Below, one piece after another: positions 52,324 through 64,000 of a DNA stretch of 64,000 bases. The notes under the pieces are model-generated. The model saw nothing but the letters and a program-made list of their open reading frames with translations, had not been told where the DNA came from and made no database searches. The position numbers were made by a program, and so were the translations under genes. Source of the DNA: Blepharisma stoltei ATCC 30299 (Eukaryota; Protista; Ciliophora); the NCBI GenBank assembly GCA_965603825.1, contig CBFDEM010000017.1, forward strand, positions 434,001 to 498,000, given 5' to 3'. The number at the start of each line of letters is the position of its first letter. Position 1 is the first letter of the stretch.

Positions 52324-55300
52324 CTACTCCAACTCAACTGGCAAAATTGAAGGCAAAACCGAAAATCTTTTAAGCTGCTTGATTTGATAATTAAAGTATG
52401 GCAAATAATAGAAGAAAAATAGCACGCAAACAGCTATTGAATAAATAACTGTGACATTCACAATTGTATCTAACTGCTTATTAATTATATCAATTGAGTC
52501 TCTGTCAGCTAATAAAAATTCTTGCCTAATCTCATCTTGCAGTATATCAATTTGGTTTAAAAATTCATTAATATCAATAATTGATGTATAAATCCAATAA
52601 ATCAAGCTTTCAATATCACTTATGATATCAATTGATGAGACTTCGACGCCCTCTCTTAATGACTTTGTAGGCGAGTCTATATTTTCATACATTCTAGTTT
52701 GAAGCTCAGATGATATTATTGATAAATATTTCCCTTTGCGAATTTCTTTGTCCTCGAACTTTAGCCAGTCCACCATTTCATCTTGGGCAATATCATGATT
52801 TTCAAAAGCATAAAGTTCTGGGATTTCCTGGTAATTATATTTTTGGTATATTTCCCTTGACACTATAGAAAGTCGGACTATTAACTGCCGCCTATTAATA
52901 AAGTTATAGAGAAGCTTAGGGCGGTTTAACATTGAATTTTCACAAATCGGGTACAAATAGCAATAAATAAGCAAATAATAAGAAGCCGCAATTAAAAAAA
53001 ATAGCATAATTCTTCATATATACTGCAAATTGAGCTTTGTTTTCACTTTTCTAGTTAAATTAAAATGTTTTTGTGAATCTATAGCAGCTTCGCTGCTATT
53101 ATTTTGATCAATTCCATGTGCAGTCGCCAGTCTGTCCATAGCTTCACACTTTAATTTAAAAACAAACCATTGGGCATTATTTAAAATATAATTCCAAAAT
53201 TCATCATGTTTTCCTGAGACAAGGCAAATATAGCCTATAATAACTAAAACTAGCACCCCCAAGGTGCCAAAACCGAATATTAAAAGGATATTAATGATTG
53301 TGCCTGTGTTTTTTACCCTATCAATTTCGCAGTCAACTAGACCTGAGACACTAAGGTTTGCATAGTGAAAAGCGTTTCCCAAGCCATTCACAAATACAAA
53401 TTTTGCATTTGAAGAGAATTCTTGGCTTGCAACAATTGCGATTTTCATTTTTTGAGCCTGAATAGAATTTACATTCAAAATAAGTCCGGAAACAGCGTCA
53501 TACAAGTTTTCATAGCCGATTTCTGGCGTATTTCCATTAAAATGCCACATTGGAACTTCATTTTTGGTGATTATTTCTGTGCATTTGCAATAACTTCACT
53601 GGTCAAAATCTTTCAGCATTGAATTCTGCATTATTGTCAGATCTTCGACGATTTTTTCTAATTTTTCAGTATCCCCTAGAATTTCTATATCCGAGGCATT
53701 TCCTAGCACGCCCATATGCAGATTTTTTGCTGCATCTGCTATAGAATTAATATCATATAAAATTTGGTTAAACCTACTAAGCGTGCTTAATTTACTTGTA
53801 TATGATACATCGGTTTTCATATACCCTATAATAGCAAGAACAGTCACAATAACTGACGACATCTAAATAATTTTTTACGACAATAAATAAGACTATTTGG
53901 AGGACCCTGATTTTCTTTTTGCATTGCAATAGTAAACTTTTGGCATAGTTTGGGACTTTATATTTAGCAGTTCTTGTTGAAGAAGAAACGCGTGAGTTGT
54001 TATCGGAATTTGACACAATTTCATGATGGGTTTTCAAGAGGGATTGCTCGTCAGCATCTTGGTGAGTTGAGATGTCTGCGTCCACTTTGTCTAATGATTT
54101 TGCTGTTAATGTAAAATTTAATTCATTAAAATTGACTTTTAATAACTGTATTGATTTTCGCCGGTTTTCTGACGAATCTTTGTCATTTTTCTTTAATGGG
54201 AGAATTTGTGAAACTTGGTCTTGGCCTCTTCCTTCCTTTCAGTTTTTAATTTCTCTATAGTCATGAATCACCACAAGTGTATGGACTACTGTAGAGGTGA
54301 TTTTTTTCTTTATATGTACAAAAACTAGCTCAGAGCCATTAAACGGAATCCTCCATGGCTCAAATTCTTTCATGTTATTTATGTTCAAAATCGGGATTAA
54401 GTCTGACAGCCGCTTATTTTTTAAACATTTTTCATCAGAGCCTACATAATAAGAAAACGTCTCTGTGTGGGCAATGATAACGTTTTCTTCAGAAATTAAG
54501 GCAAGCTCTCTAACTGTAGGTTTTAACTTAAATGAAATCAAAAAGTAAGCAGAATTGTGAAACGCAGTCAGTTTTATAAGAAAATCGCATTCCACAAGAA
54601 ATCCTGCATGATTTTGGAAAAAAAGTTTTGAGTGAGAATGAAGCTCTATTGAATTGCATTCAAATGCAAACTCTCTCATAAGTTTTTCGTGAATACTATC
54701 ATAAGGCTGAGGAATGTAATTTAAAATTGTTGACCCCAGAATACTCCCGATAGGGGCTTTTAAGAGCTGGGCAGCTTTTTCATTTAAATAGACAATAGTC
54801 CCAAATGAATGTTCTGATAAGGAGACGAGGATAGTGGCGAGCTCTTTTCCATAGCTTTCAAGATTATTTATATCAGTATGCTGATTATAATAATTAATCC
54901 CGTTTTTCTTTCTTATGATAATGTTGGACTCTTCATGATTATTTATAATATTTTCTAAGAATGATGCATAAATTTCAAGGACTTCGACGCTTTTGTGCTT
55001 TTCCGCCAAATTTTTGTAGCCGTCACCTACATGTGCTATATGATTTGCTGACCTATTTACTAAATTGATCAATTTTTCTACCCTGGGTGTTCGAGATGAA
55101 AATTCAGCTTGAAGCTCTGCGAGAATAAAGCAAAGTTCTTCATCTTGGCTTCTGATTCTGCTGAATTCTTTTAAATAGTCTAAATAACTGGTTTCTGATG
55201 ATTCTATGTTATTTTGCTTGATAAATCAATTAAATAGTTTCCATTCTTGGACATCTCCTTCAAATGTGGATTGTGCATAGGCGATTTTTGATAATTTTAT

Positions 55301-56551
55301 TCTTGCCAGTCTTTCGTCATGCATAACAAAAAAGCAAAAATTAAATTCTCATATAACAAAAAGCTTATTTTTATAAAATGATCCAGGCTTCCAAAATCCT
55401 TTAAATAGGCAAATTACCTCATTTTTATTATCAAGGTCAGGGTCAGTCAGCAAATGTCGATATTTCCTCTCAAATTCAAACTGATTTTTTGGGAACTCGC
55501 AAGAATTTTTTAAGTTTCCGTATACTTTATATACAATTTTCACAGTTATAAACATGAGCGCAGGCTGCATAAAAATCATAAAAACGACTACTGTTAAGGC
55601 ATCGTCAAGTATTTGCCCAAATAAAAAAATTAAATAGGTTGATGCAATTGTGCCCATTTTGAAGCCTTGAATTGAATTTTCAATAGGATTATAATATTGT
55701 GCTGAAATGATGCAACGGTAATAAAGATAGGATGTGTAGCAAAACCCAATAATTTGGTAATAAATTGTATAGTTTCCACTAAATGTAAAGTATAATATGC
55801 ATGCCAATATATAGTATCATCTTCTATTTAAGTCATTTTCTGCACAAGATCTGGCTTTTATATTTGTTTTTGAATGAGAGTGCTTCATATCGCAGCAGAA
55901 ACATTCACTGAAATAATTTATAAAAATCAAAATTAGAAGACAAAGGACTGCAGCAACAATTCCAGCCGATCCGTAATTGCAGATTTTAGAGGAAACAGAG
56001 TCAGAGTATTCTTCAATAATAGTTTCATCGATGGAAGAATATTTTATTATAAGAAGAAGTATCAGTGTGCTTGGAATTATACATATCGATGTTAGTAGCA
56101 TTGCTATTTTTCTAGGTAAAATTGAAACAATTGCTGGAATGTCTTTACCTAAATAAATATAAAGCCCAAAAACACTAAAAGATGCTAAACAAGCTCCGAT
56201 TAGGGAAACTGTCCCAAAAAAGCAAAAATCCATAACCGCATAGTCAACGCAAAATTCATCATAGCTAGCAAATGCGATGCCTTGCCAAAACCCTACAAAT
56301 GAGTCTCAGCCAGATGGGTTCATGTTGGGGAACCATGTTAACGCTGTAAGCTGGAGCGTCAGTATCAAATTAACCAAAATTTCAAAAAATAGTTGGGCTT
56401 GCCACTTCGTTTTATGATTGTATTTTTCCTTGAAAATTTGTCCTAAAAAGCCATAAATATACTCTTTTCACTTATTAGTGAAAACTGAATGGGACAAAAA
56501 CTCGTGAAAATCGTTGTTTTCTTTTTCTCCAACCGCAAATTCTGTCAGCAT
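52324..56551 (-). CDS. TmcB-like PAS membrane protein, copy K (~1398 aa)
   Basis: ATG 56551 (MLTEFAVGEKENNDF). Introns 53863-53878 (16 nt, gtaaaaaattatttag) and 53458-53472 (gtaaattctattcag). Confidence 0.84.
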
Positions 56552-58329
56552 AAAATATAATTATTTTTTATGAATTTATTTTAGAATTGTGCCAGTAATA
56601 GCCGAAAAAGGTCGGATATTGAGTTTTCTAAAGCTTATAAAGAAATTATTTAAAAATTTTATATAAAATGCTAAAGATTACTAAATTTTTCCTTATGGTA
56701 TGAATGTTTCAAATATAATCAGATTTAATTTTTATTTTAAAAAATAGGTAATTTAGCATAAAATTCAGTGCATTAGAGTATTTCATCTTATATTTAATAA
56801 AAGATGTATATCGAGGGTATAAGGGAAAAATAATTTAAATAGTTCTGGAAGCTCATTTCTATTATAATAGTTTATTAGATGATTATTAATTTTAAATAGC
56901 ATAATAAAGACTTAGATTTTTTGAGTGCACAACAATTATTGGCTGCTTTGTATTTCAGCTGCAAGTAAGCCCTTGCTGGAATTTACTGCTAATAAAGATA
57001 TTTAAGAATTATTAATCCAAATAGTAAATTATATTTTCCCAAATACATTTAAAAACCTCTAGGATTTTCAATCCTGCAAGTAGAGCTTCAATTGATGCTG
57101 TCTTGGTGATATAAACTTAATTTTTTTTTTAGTTCTTATAACAAACATTAAACAGGCTAAATTACTAATAGAGTTAGGAGGTCTTAACTTAATGTTAAAT
57201 ATTTTTTATTAAGCTGTTTCATTGCAGATAATCATCATAGATCTTTATGATTTTGTTTTTAAATAAATCTTAAGATTTCTAGACAGATAATTATTAATTC
57301 TAATCACTCTTTTGGCAACTCAATAATCGCAAATAGCCCAATTCAGTTTTGACAAGTAAACTATTTCTGAAAAAAGAAAATTTAAGTAAAATTTTATTGC
57401 AATGTCAAAAGGATAAGGCTAATTTCATTAAATTCGTATAGCCAGAGGATAACAGCATTCAAGTCTTATTAATCAAACTATGCATATCGCTAATATCCTG
57501 TCTAAAAAGAAGCCCGCAGGGTCATAAATCTTATCTTTACACTAGAAAAGCATGCCTGATCTTTCTATTCAGATTAAGTATTCAAAAATAAGCAGAAAAA
57601 GGGAGTAGAGTCTATATTTCACAATCAAGAAAAATCAGGTTTTATTATTGCTGGGAATAAAAATATAAGACACTTACAAAAATATTTCCAAATGACCACA
57701 ATGGCACTTGGTAAATCTCTCTCATTTTATGAAAAATAGACTGCTTATATCATAAGGAAACTCTCATATATTATTAAACATTCTAACGTAAACGAAGTGC
57801 CCAATAATAAACCAAGAGTGCATAGTTTTAGATGCTGAGGAGCCTCATACTAATTTTAAAACTAAACAATTACCTATAGCAATAGCAATCTGCTTCAAGT
57901 ATTGATAGAGTCTATTTTAATCTTAAACTTAGGAAGAAGAAAATATTTTGAAGAAGGAATAATTGGTGGAATATTAACGTAACTAAGCATAATTTACATT
58001 ATAATGAGGTTTCTGATGCATTATTAGAAGAGTCTAATGCTATGCATGGTTTTTAGATCTAATAATTATGTATTTTGATATTAAAGCGCTTGGATTAACT
58101 AAATTTACATAATTTAACTATAAAAAACCGATTCCATAAATTTTAAACTTTTCTCTCAAAATTTACCAAATATTTTTTTAAAAACAGAATTTTATAATTT
58201 TCTAATAAAGATTTATCTGCTTTAAAAAAATTTTATTTTTTATAAAAAACCTTTATTTCTATAAAGATTTATGCATAAGAACGGATATATGGTAGATCTG
58301 GCTTAGATAAAAACAATAATAAAAATTTC

Positions 58330-61300
58330 ATGCTCTTTCATAATTATAGTGGCACGAATCAAGTAGGGGAAAGAATACTTTCTCAAGCCATGAAGAAAGC
58401 TAAAAGGTATATTTTTGCATTTTTTGGCGAATTGTTTGGCATGAAATACAGCAGAAAAATAAAGGTGAAACAGCAGCTACTTTATGAAATTTTTTCAAAC
58501 TTAATTATTGTGTTTCAGCTGACTACTTTGATTTGGTACCCAAATTTAGGAATAAATGACTGAAGTTCATATTCAGCTTTTTGAAAAATGATTGGCATCG
58601 TAAATTATAGCAATATTTGTGGATACTTCGAAATTATGGATATTTGTTTCTATGGAACAATTTCTTCAATTGGAGTATGTCTCAGCTCTTTCGCTTTATT
58701 TGGGGTTTATTTTTATCTCAAAAAAAAGCCACCAAGCTTAGTATTAAATTTCTCCAGAAAAATTGCAGGAATAATTATCACAGTTTGTTTGGTTCCTGCA
58801 AATATTATTTTGCTTATAGTTTTGAAGAACTCTATAATAATTTCTAATTCTGCTCATGAATTCTGGAACACAAGTGGGAACGATTTGAATTATGGCGCCC
58901 TTGGAGTATTTTTTTCGATATGTTGCTTAATTGTTTTAATTCCAATTTTTATATTATCAGAGGTTTTTACTTGTGATATAAGACACTCTAAATCTAAAAA
59001 CAATATAAAAGCAAGATCTTGTGCTTTTTTGGATTTAGAAAGAAAAGTTTTTAGTATTCTTATGTGCGTTTCTTATGTTTCTTTTGGAGAAAAAGACGCT
59101 ATTTATCATCAAATTATATGATTTGCATTAACAATATATTTATGGATAAAAATAATCTCATTTTTACCATATTTTAACCCTATTGAAAATGCTCTTCAAG
59201 CTTGCAAAGCAGGATCAATATCTTTGTCCCTTTTAAGCTTTATTCTTGGCTACGCCATGGATAATTCTCAAGCTATCTTAATTTTTGCTTTAATTTTGCA
59301 CCCTCCACTTCTTTTTTTTATTTTCTATTACACAAACCAGAGTTACAAAAACCTTAAAAAAACAATAAATGTTTTTTCTAGCCAGTATGAATTTGAAAGA
59401 AATTTTAGACATTTATTGACAGATCCAAATCTAGCCGATAAAACAAAAGTTTTAAATTTATTCAATAAATATTGAAAAATTGATGGCTTTAAAAAAGACA
59501 AACTTTTTGTGCTGTGAGAATTTAATTTTTGCTATTGCATAATGCAAGATGAAAGACTAGCCAGAATGATTCTAAGAAAAACAAAGCTCTGCAAATCTTC
59601 ATTTGAAAATGATATTCATGAGTGAAGAATCCATAATTGGCTAAAAAACAAGCGAAAAGAATTTTTCCCTGAAATTTCTTATTTGGAATATTTATTGGAG
59701 TTTGGAAAAGTTAAAGCGCAAGATAAAAAGTTATGCAACTTAATCATACAATTACAGCTAGAATTCTCTTCTAGAAGTCCTAGAATGAAAATTTTGGTCA
59801 ATTTGGCAAGTAAAACTTCTGTTTGCTTAGATAAAGTACGGGAAAAATATAAAAAAATTGCAAATAAATATAAAGCCTTTGAATTATATGAAGCATATGC
59901 GAGCTTTTTGCGAGATATTTCCTGTGATTTAGAAGAAGCTGATCTAATAAATAAAAAGAAAAATGGAGTTGATTATTCAAGCTTAAGAAATGAAAATCAG
60001 AATTTAGATCGATATGGGGGACATCTTGGGCTTATTCTTGTTTCTTGTGATATGAATATTTTTGGTTCTATTGTCTATATCAATGAAAAAGCTGCTGAAA
60101 TTTTGCGCACTCCTGTCTTAGATATTATTGGCTCATCAATTTTTAATTTTTTACCTTCTCCTTATAATAACTCACATAAAAACCTGACTGTAAATTTTTT
60201 AGAAAACTCTAATAGAACAGAAATTCAAAGTCATAGCGATTTATTTTTACAAACTCAAAATGGCTTTTTAATCGCATGCAACCTGATGATAAAATTTGCT
60301 TCTTTTCATAACGATATTTACTGCTTGATCTCTTTTTTGCCAAAAACAACAAAATATGAAATTGCACTAATCTCAAAAGAAGGGATAGTTTTAAGCCATT
60401 CAGAATATTTTTCACAATATTTAGGAATAAATACAAAATATATAAGAAATCTATATGTCTCTGAAGTAATACCCTTTCTGGAGATAGAAAAAATGAAAGC
60501 ATATGAGCCTTGGGTGGTAAAATTCTGTGATAAAGAAATTGCGCTGGTTTATCTTAATAAAGAAATTAATTCAAGCACGCTTCATTATTTGTATTTAATA
60601 CATGATCAATATGATATAGCCAGGTGAAAAGAAGGAAAAGACCCAGAGCAATTATCATGTTTAGAAAGCCTTAAAATCACGCCAGATCTGCAAAAAGCCT
60701 TAATGAGGCAACATTCAATTAAAAGCTGCACTGTTTCAACAATAATTATAGAAAAAGAAATTGAAAAGCCAGATAAAGAATCGGCGTTAAAATCTTATGA
60801 AGACGAAGAAAAAAATTTAATAGAAAATCAGTCAAATGCTGGAGACCATGCAAGTGCTTTAACGCTAAAGTCAAGTAAACACTATTCAGGACGAGCAAAA
60901 AAATTAATTTATAAGGCCAAGAAAAAAATCAGAGTTCTCCAATGGGTGTTATTTCTTGTGGTAAGGAAAATATAGATTTTGACAGTTATCGTTGTGATGA
61001 TTGCGATTATATTAAATGTGATGAATAATGTGGACCTTACGTCTTCTATGAAAATATTTTACAATCTTGGAGAAATTTTATATTATTTTGGGGTTTCTGC
61101 TGATACTGTGAGGAATCTGAACAAAGAAATAACGATACCAATTGATATTTCTCCACGCATCCAAGGGTTATCTTCAATAGTAAGTGAATTAGAAACTATA
61201 CAGCTTAATATTCGTTCTGATTTCAATTATTGGCGATTTTGCACAGCAGCTGAAGTTGCTGATAAACCTTTGATCCCATTATGATCTTTTGACGATGAAA

Positions 61301-62496
61301 ATCCTCAGATTATTTATGAAAATATTTACGACATGATTTCTTTATTTAATTACCATGTAATTTTTATTCAGCTAAAACTTGTCATTTCTTCAGCCAAAAA
61401 TAACCAAACCAATATGCAACATGCAAAATTTGTAATAGCTAACGGTATAGGCAAAACCTATGAATTTTTAAATCACACTATTTCAGGCTTAGAAAATTGT
61501 GAAGTTGATCATATAGACACCCTCCGCTATGAAATAAGCACCCTGCTTGTTTCTGGCTTTTCTATATTTACAGGCTTAGTTATAATAATCATTTGATTTA
61601 TTTTGCTTGCAGCCAAAAAAGAAGACGAGTTTTGAAATTTCATGCTGGAGCATGCACAAATTCCTTTAATGAAATTGAGAAGTGAAGCTATGGACAGGCT
61701 CATTCTTGTTCATAATGACGAAATAAATCCAGAAGAACAATCCAATATAAGGAAATTGCATAACAGAAAAAAAGTTAGAACAAAAATCGAGATAAAATAC
61801 GCCTGACGAATTTTGGTATTTTTTATGATTTCTGCGTCATATTATTATTTGGTTTATTTTTATTTATATCCAGAATGCGCAAATTATATGGCGAATAGGC
61901 CGAAATTACTTAATAATTTCAATATAAAGCGATCATTAGTATCAAGGCTTTCTATTTTTGCAAGAGATGTTTATAATCCTTCATTTATAAAATTATTCCC
62001 AAAATCCTATGATTTTCGGAATTCTAAAGAAATGTTTAATATTACTTCACAAATTCTTTTGGACAAAACCAAAGAAATAAGAGAAAACAAGTTTATGAGC
62101 ATGATTTCAGGGGGGCTTAAGCAAAGATTATTTGAGAGCTGTAGCATTATGGGGTCAGAGCTTTATTTTGGCTCAGAAACAGCTATAAAACTGACTATTT
62201 ATGATGGAATTTATATCACATACCAGACCAATATTTCCGGTAAAGCTATGATTGTATATTTAGGAATTCTTGGGGAAATAGAAAATGAGGTAGGAGAGGA
62301 ATTTCAAATTGCTGATGACGATTCTTATGAGATCATCAATAATCAATTGCATGTAATTATAATTGCTACTGTTGTTTATTCAGTTGCATTGTGCAGCTTG
62401 TTTTTGCTATATTATTTGCCGTTTTTTATTTATCAAGCGAGGTACTTAAACAGATTTAATATGTTGCCAACGATCCTAAAGTTAGGAAGCGAATAA
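58330..62496 (+). CDS. TmcB-like PAS membrane protein, copy L (~1375 aa)
   Basis: Eight track ORFs in one frame. Introns 60961-60975 and 61357-61371; candidate 60875-60889. Confidence 0.82.
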
Positions 62497-62799
62497 TCCA
62501 TTATTTCAAGGTAGAATTTGCTTAGTTAAAAACTAAAATTATAAGCCTTTATTTATTAAATTCAGTTTTTATTAAAATTATCACTAAAATATTTTTATTT
62601 ACTTAGTTTAAAGTTTAAAAATAATTGTTTTATTTTATCGTAATGGAAAAAAAATATGAAAATTATTCAATAATTTATAAATTTAAAGGACTATAACTAA
62701 TAAATATTTGCAAATTTTATATTAAGCTATCTATTAAATACTCCAATATCCTAATGATGTAAATTTCATTATAAAAACTTACACTTAAATTAAATGGGA

Positions 62800-63641
62800 T
62801 TGACCTATTGCAGTCCTCTGTGAACTTTTTTGCCCATGTGTCGGCTGTTTGAATCCTCTCTTTGATTTTACCTGTAATTTCCTTTCTATTTCATTGACTC
62901 TCTCAGCTGCCATTTCTCGTGAAAGACCTTAACTGCTAGGTCTATTCTGACTAATTGTTCATTTTGCTTTCCTCCCTCAAAATTTTCATCTCTCTTTCAA
63001 ATTCCTCTCTGCATAGTAACGTCTTGGCTCAGTTGCCTCCCGCCTATTCGAAAACTTTCTCCATTTCTGCATTATTTCCTGCTTCGGCTTCTGCCTAAAA
63101 TTCTTCTTCTTCCATTTCTGCTTATCCTCTGCTTCAATTTCAGCATCAAAATCTGCTTCATTTTCAGCTCAGATTTTGCTTCAAGTTCTGCTTTAATACT
63201 GCTTTCTTTCCTGATTTCTGCTCCCCTTTCTGCCTCTGATCCTGCTCCAGCTCTTGATTATTCCCCATTGTTGGTCTTTTTGGATCTCCTTCTGATTTAG
63301 TCTCTCATTCGAGGTAGCCAATTCAATTGGCATCATATTCACTCTCTCGAGAATCTGAACACTTTCCCCTTTATTCAGTGTCTCCCCTTCAGTTCTCAGT
63401 GTTGCTAGCACCCATTCTTCGTAGTCTAGCTCTAAAGAATCTTCCTCGAGCTCCCATTCGCTCTCATAATTTTCTCCGCTATCAAGAATCTCATCGACTT
63501 CATTTTAGGAGCTCATCATCATAAAATAGCAATGCATCATCAAAGTCAGCATAATCTAGTCGCTTCCTGACATGCACAATCTTTGGCTGTAAGCCAAGGC
63601 AGCTCCTTCTTGTTTCACACACCAGACCTATTCTCCTCCAT
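62800..63641 (-). pseudogene. Frameshifted remnant of an acidic/charged, coiled-coil-like protein gene
   Basis: The minus strand is purine-rich and GC-elevated. Plausible peptides appear in successive frames (MEENRSGVW.., VRKRLDYADFDDALLFYDDE, EVDEILDSGENYESEWELEEDSLELDYEEW.., AENEADFDAEIEAEDKQKW) with several frameshifts. No family recognised. Confidence 0.5.
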
Positions 63642-63685
63642 TTATACAAATTAAAAATAATTTCATTATAAACACCTATTATAAT

Positions 63686-64000
63686 TTAATCATATTTTTC
63701 TGGCAAAATCTTCGGCAGCACTGAAAAAAGATTGAGCTGTTTAATTTGATTTTTCATGTACGGCAAATAATAAAAGAAATATAGCACACCCAAGGCTACA
63801 GAATAAATAACTGTTGTATATATAATAACATTCAGCTGCTCCTGAATAGCATTCTTCGAGTCCCTATCAGCCAAGTCAAATTCTTCCCCAATTTCATCTT
63901 GGATAGTTTTCCCCATTTTTGAAAAGAAAATCCATTCATCATCTGTCACTTCACCTAAATTTTCAAAATTTTCAGTGTCGCCAATAACCATGTCAAAAGC
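63686..64000 (-). CDS. 3' end of a further TmcB-like paralogue, copy M (partial, runs off the window)
   Basis: EEFDLADRDSKNAIQEQLNVIIYTTVIYSVALGVLYFFYYLPYMKNQIKQL is the conserved family C-terminus. Confidence 0.85.
   Translation of the reverse strand, partial: AFDMVIGDTENFENLGEVTDDEWIFFSKMGKTIQDEIGEEFDLADRDSKNAIQEQLNVIIYTTVIYSVALGVLYFFYYLPYMKNQIKQLNLFSVLPKILPEKYD

Noticed and set aside
56552-58329. Long divergent intergenic region K/L possibly hiding a very old relic or another gene
   Set aside because: Only faint, frame-broken resemblances (~57000-57600, minus strand) are visible and cannot be supported without an alignment.
657-60502. Antisense and alternate-frame ORFs overlapping family genes (e.g. 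657-848, 7314-7592, 14243-14638, 16622-16936, 40498-40827)
   Set aside because: These are shadows of the real CDS. Their recurrence between copies simply reflects paralogy.
331-62496. Reading the many short ORFs as separate small genes or mass pseudogenisation
   Set aside because: They fall in one frame per 4.2 kb unit and are separated only by TGA at Trp positions or by 15/16-nt introns.
331-64000. Bacterial (Mycoplasma-like) or mitochondrial origin suggested by TGA=Trp and low GC
   Set aside because: Spliceosomal GT-AG introns, a LINE fragment and a eukaryotic gene family point to a ciliate nuclear genome.
1-64000. tRNA, rRNA, CRISPR arrays, terminal-inverted-repeat transposons
   Set aside because: None recognised by eye. 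A covariance-model or repeat search was not possible.

Overview
AT-rich eukaryotic DNA, almost certainly from a heterotrich ciliate such as Blepharisma. TGA sits in-frame where paralogues have Trp, TAA/TAG are the stops, and the genes carry 15-16 nt GT-AG introns, so the supplied ORF track fragments every gene. Re-read with TGA=Trp and these introns, the window is a tandem array of ~4.2 kb paralogues encoding ~1,370-1,400 aa multi-pass membrane proteins with a central PAS domain (TmcB/TmcC-like). There are 11 contiguous copies (A-D, F-L), one split copy (E), one partial copy at the right edge (M) and at least two decayed relics. The window also holds a Kelch-like/TPR gene, a non-LTR retrotransposon fragment and a frameshifted acidic pseudogene. 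The main finding is a precise reciprocal ~5.46 kb inversion (22902-28356) bounded by a 5-bp TA-containing inverted microhomology, CTAAG/CTTAG. Flipping it back rejoins the two halves of gene E in frame with its 15-nt intron, and also restores a stop-free 238-aa LINE endonuclease-linker-RT frame. The second finding is a clade-specific, frame-preserving 15-nt intron that appears to overlap former coding sequence (candidate intronization). All calls come from manual reading; no searches were run.
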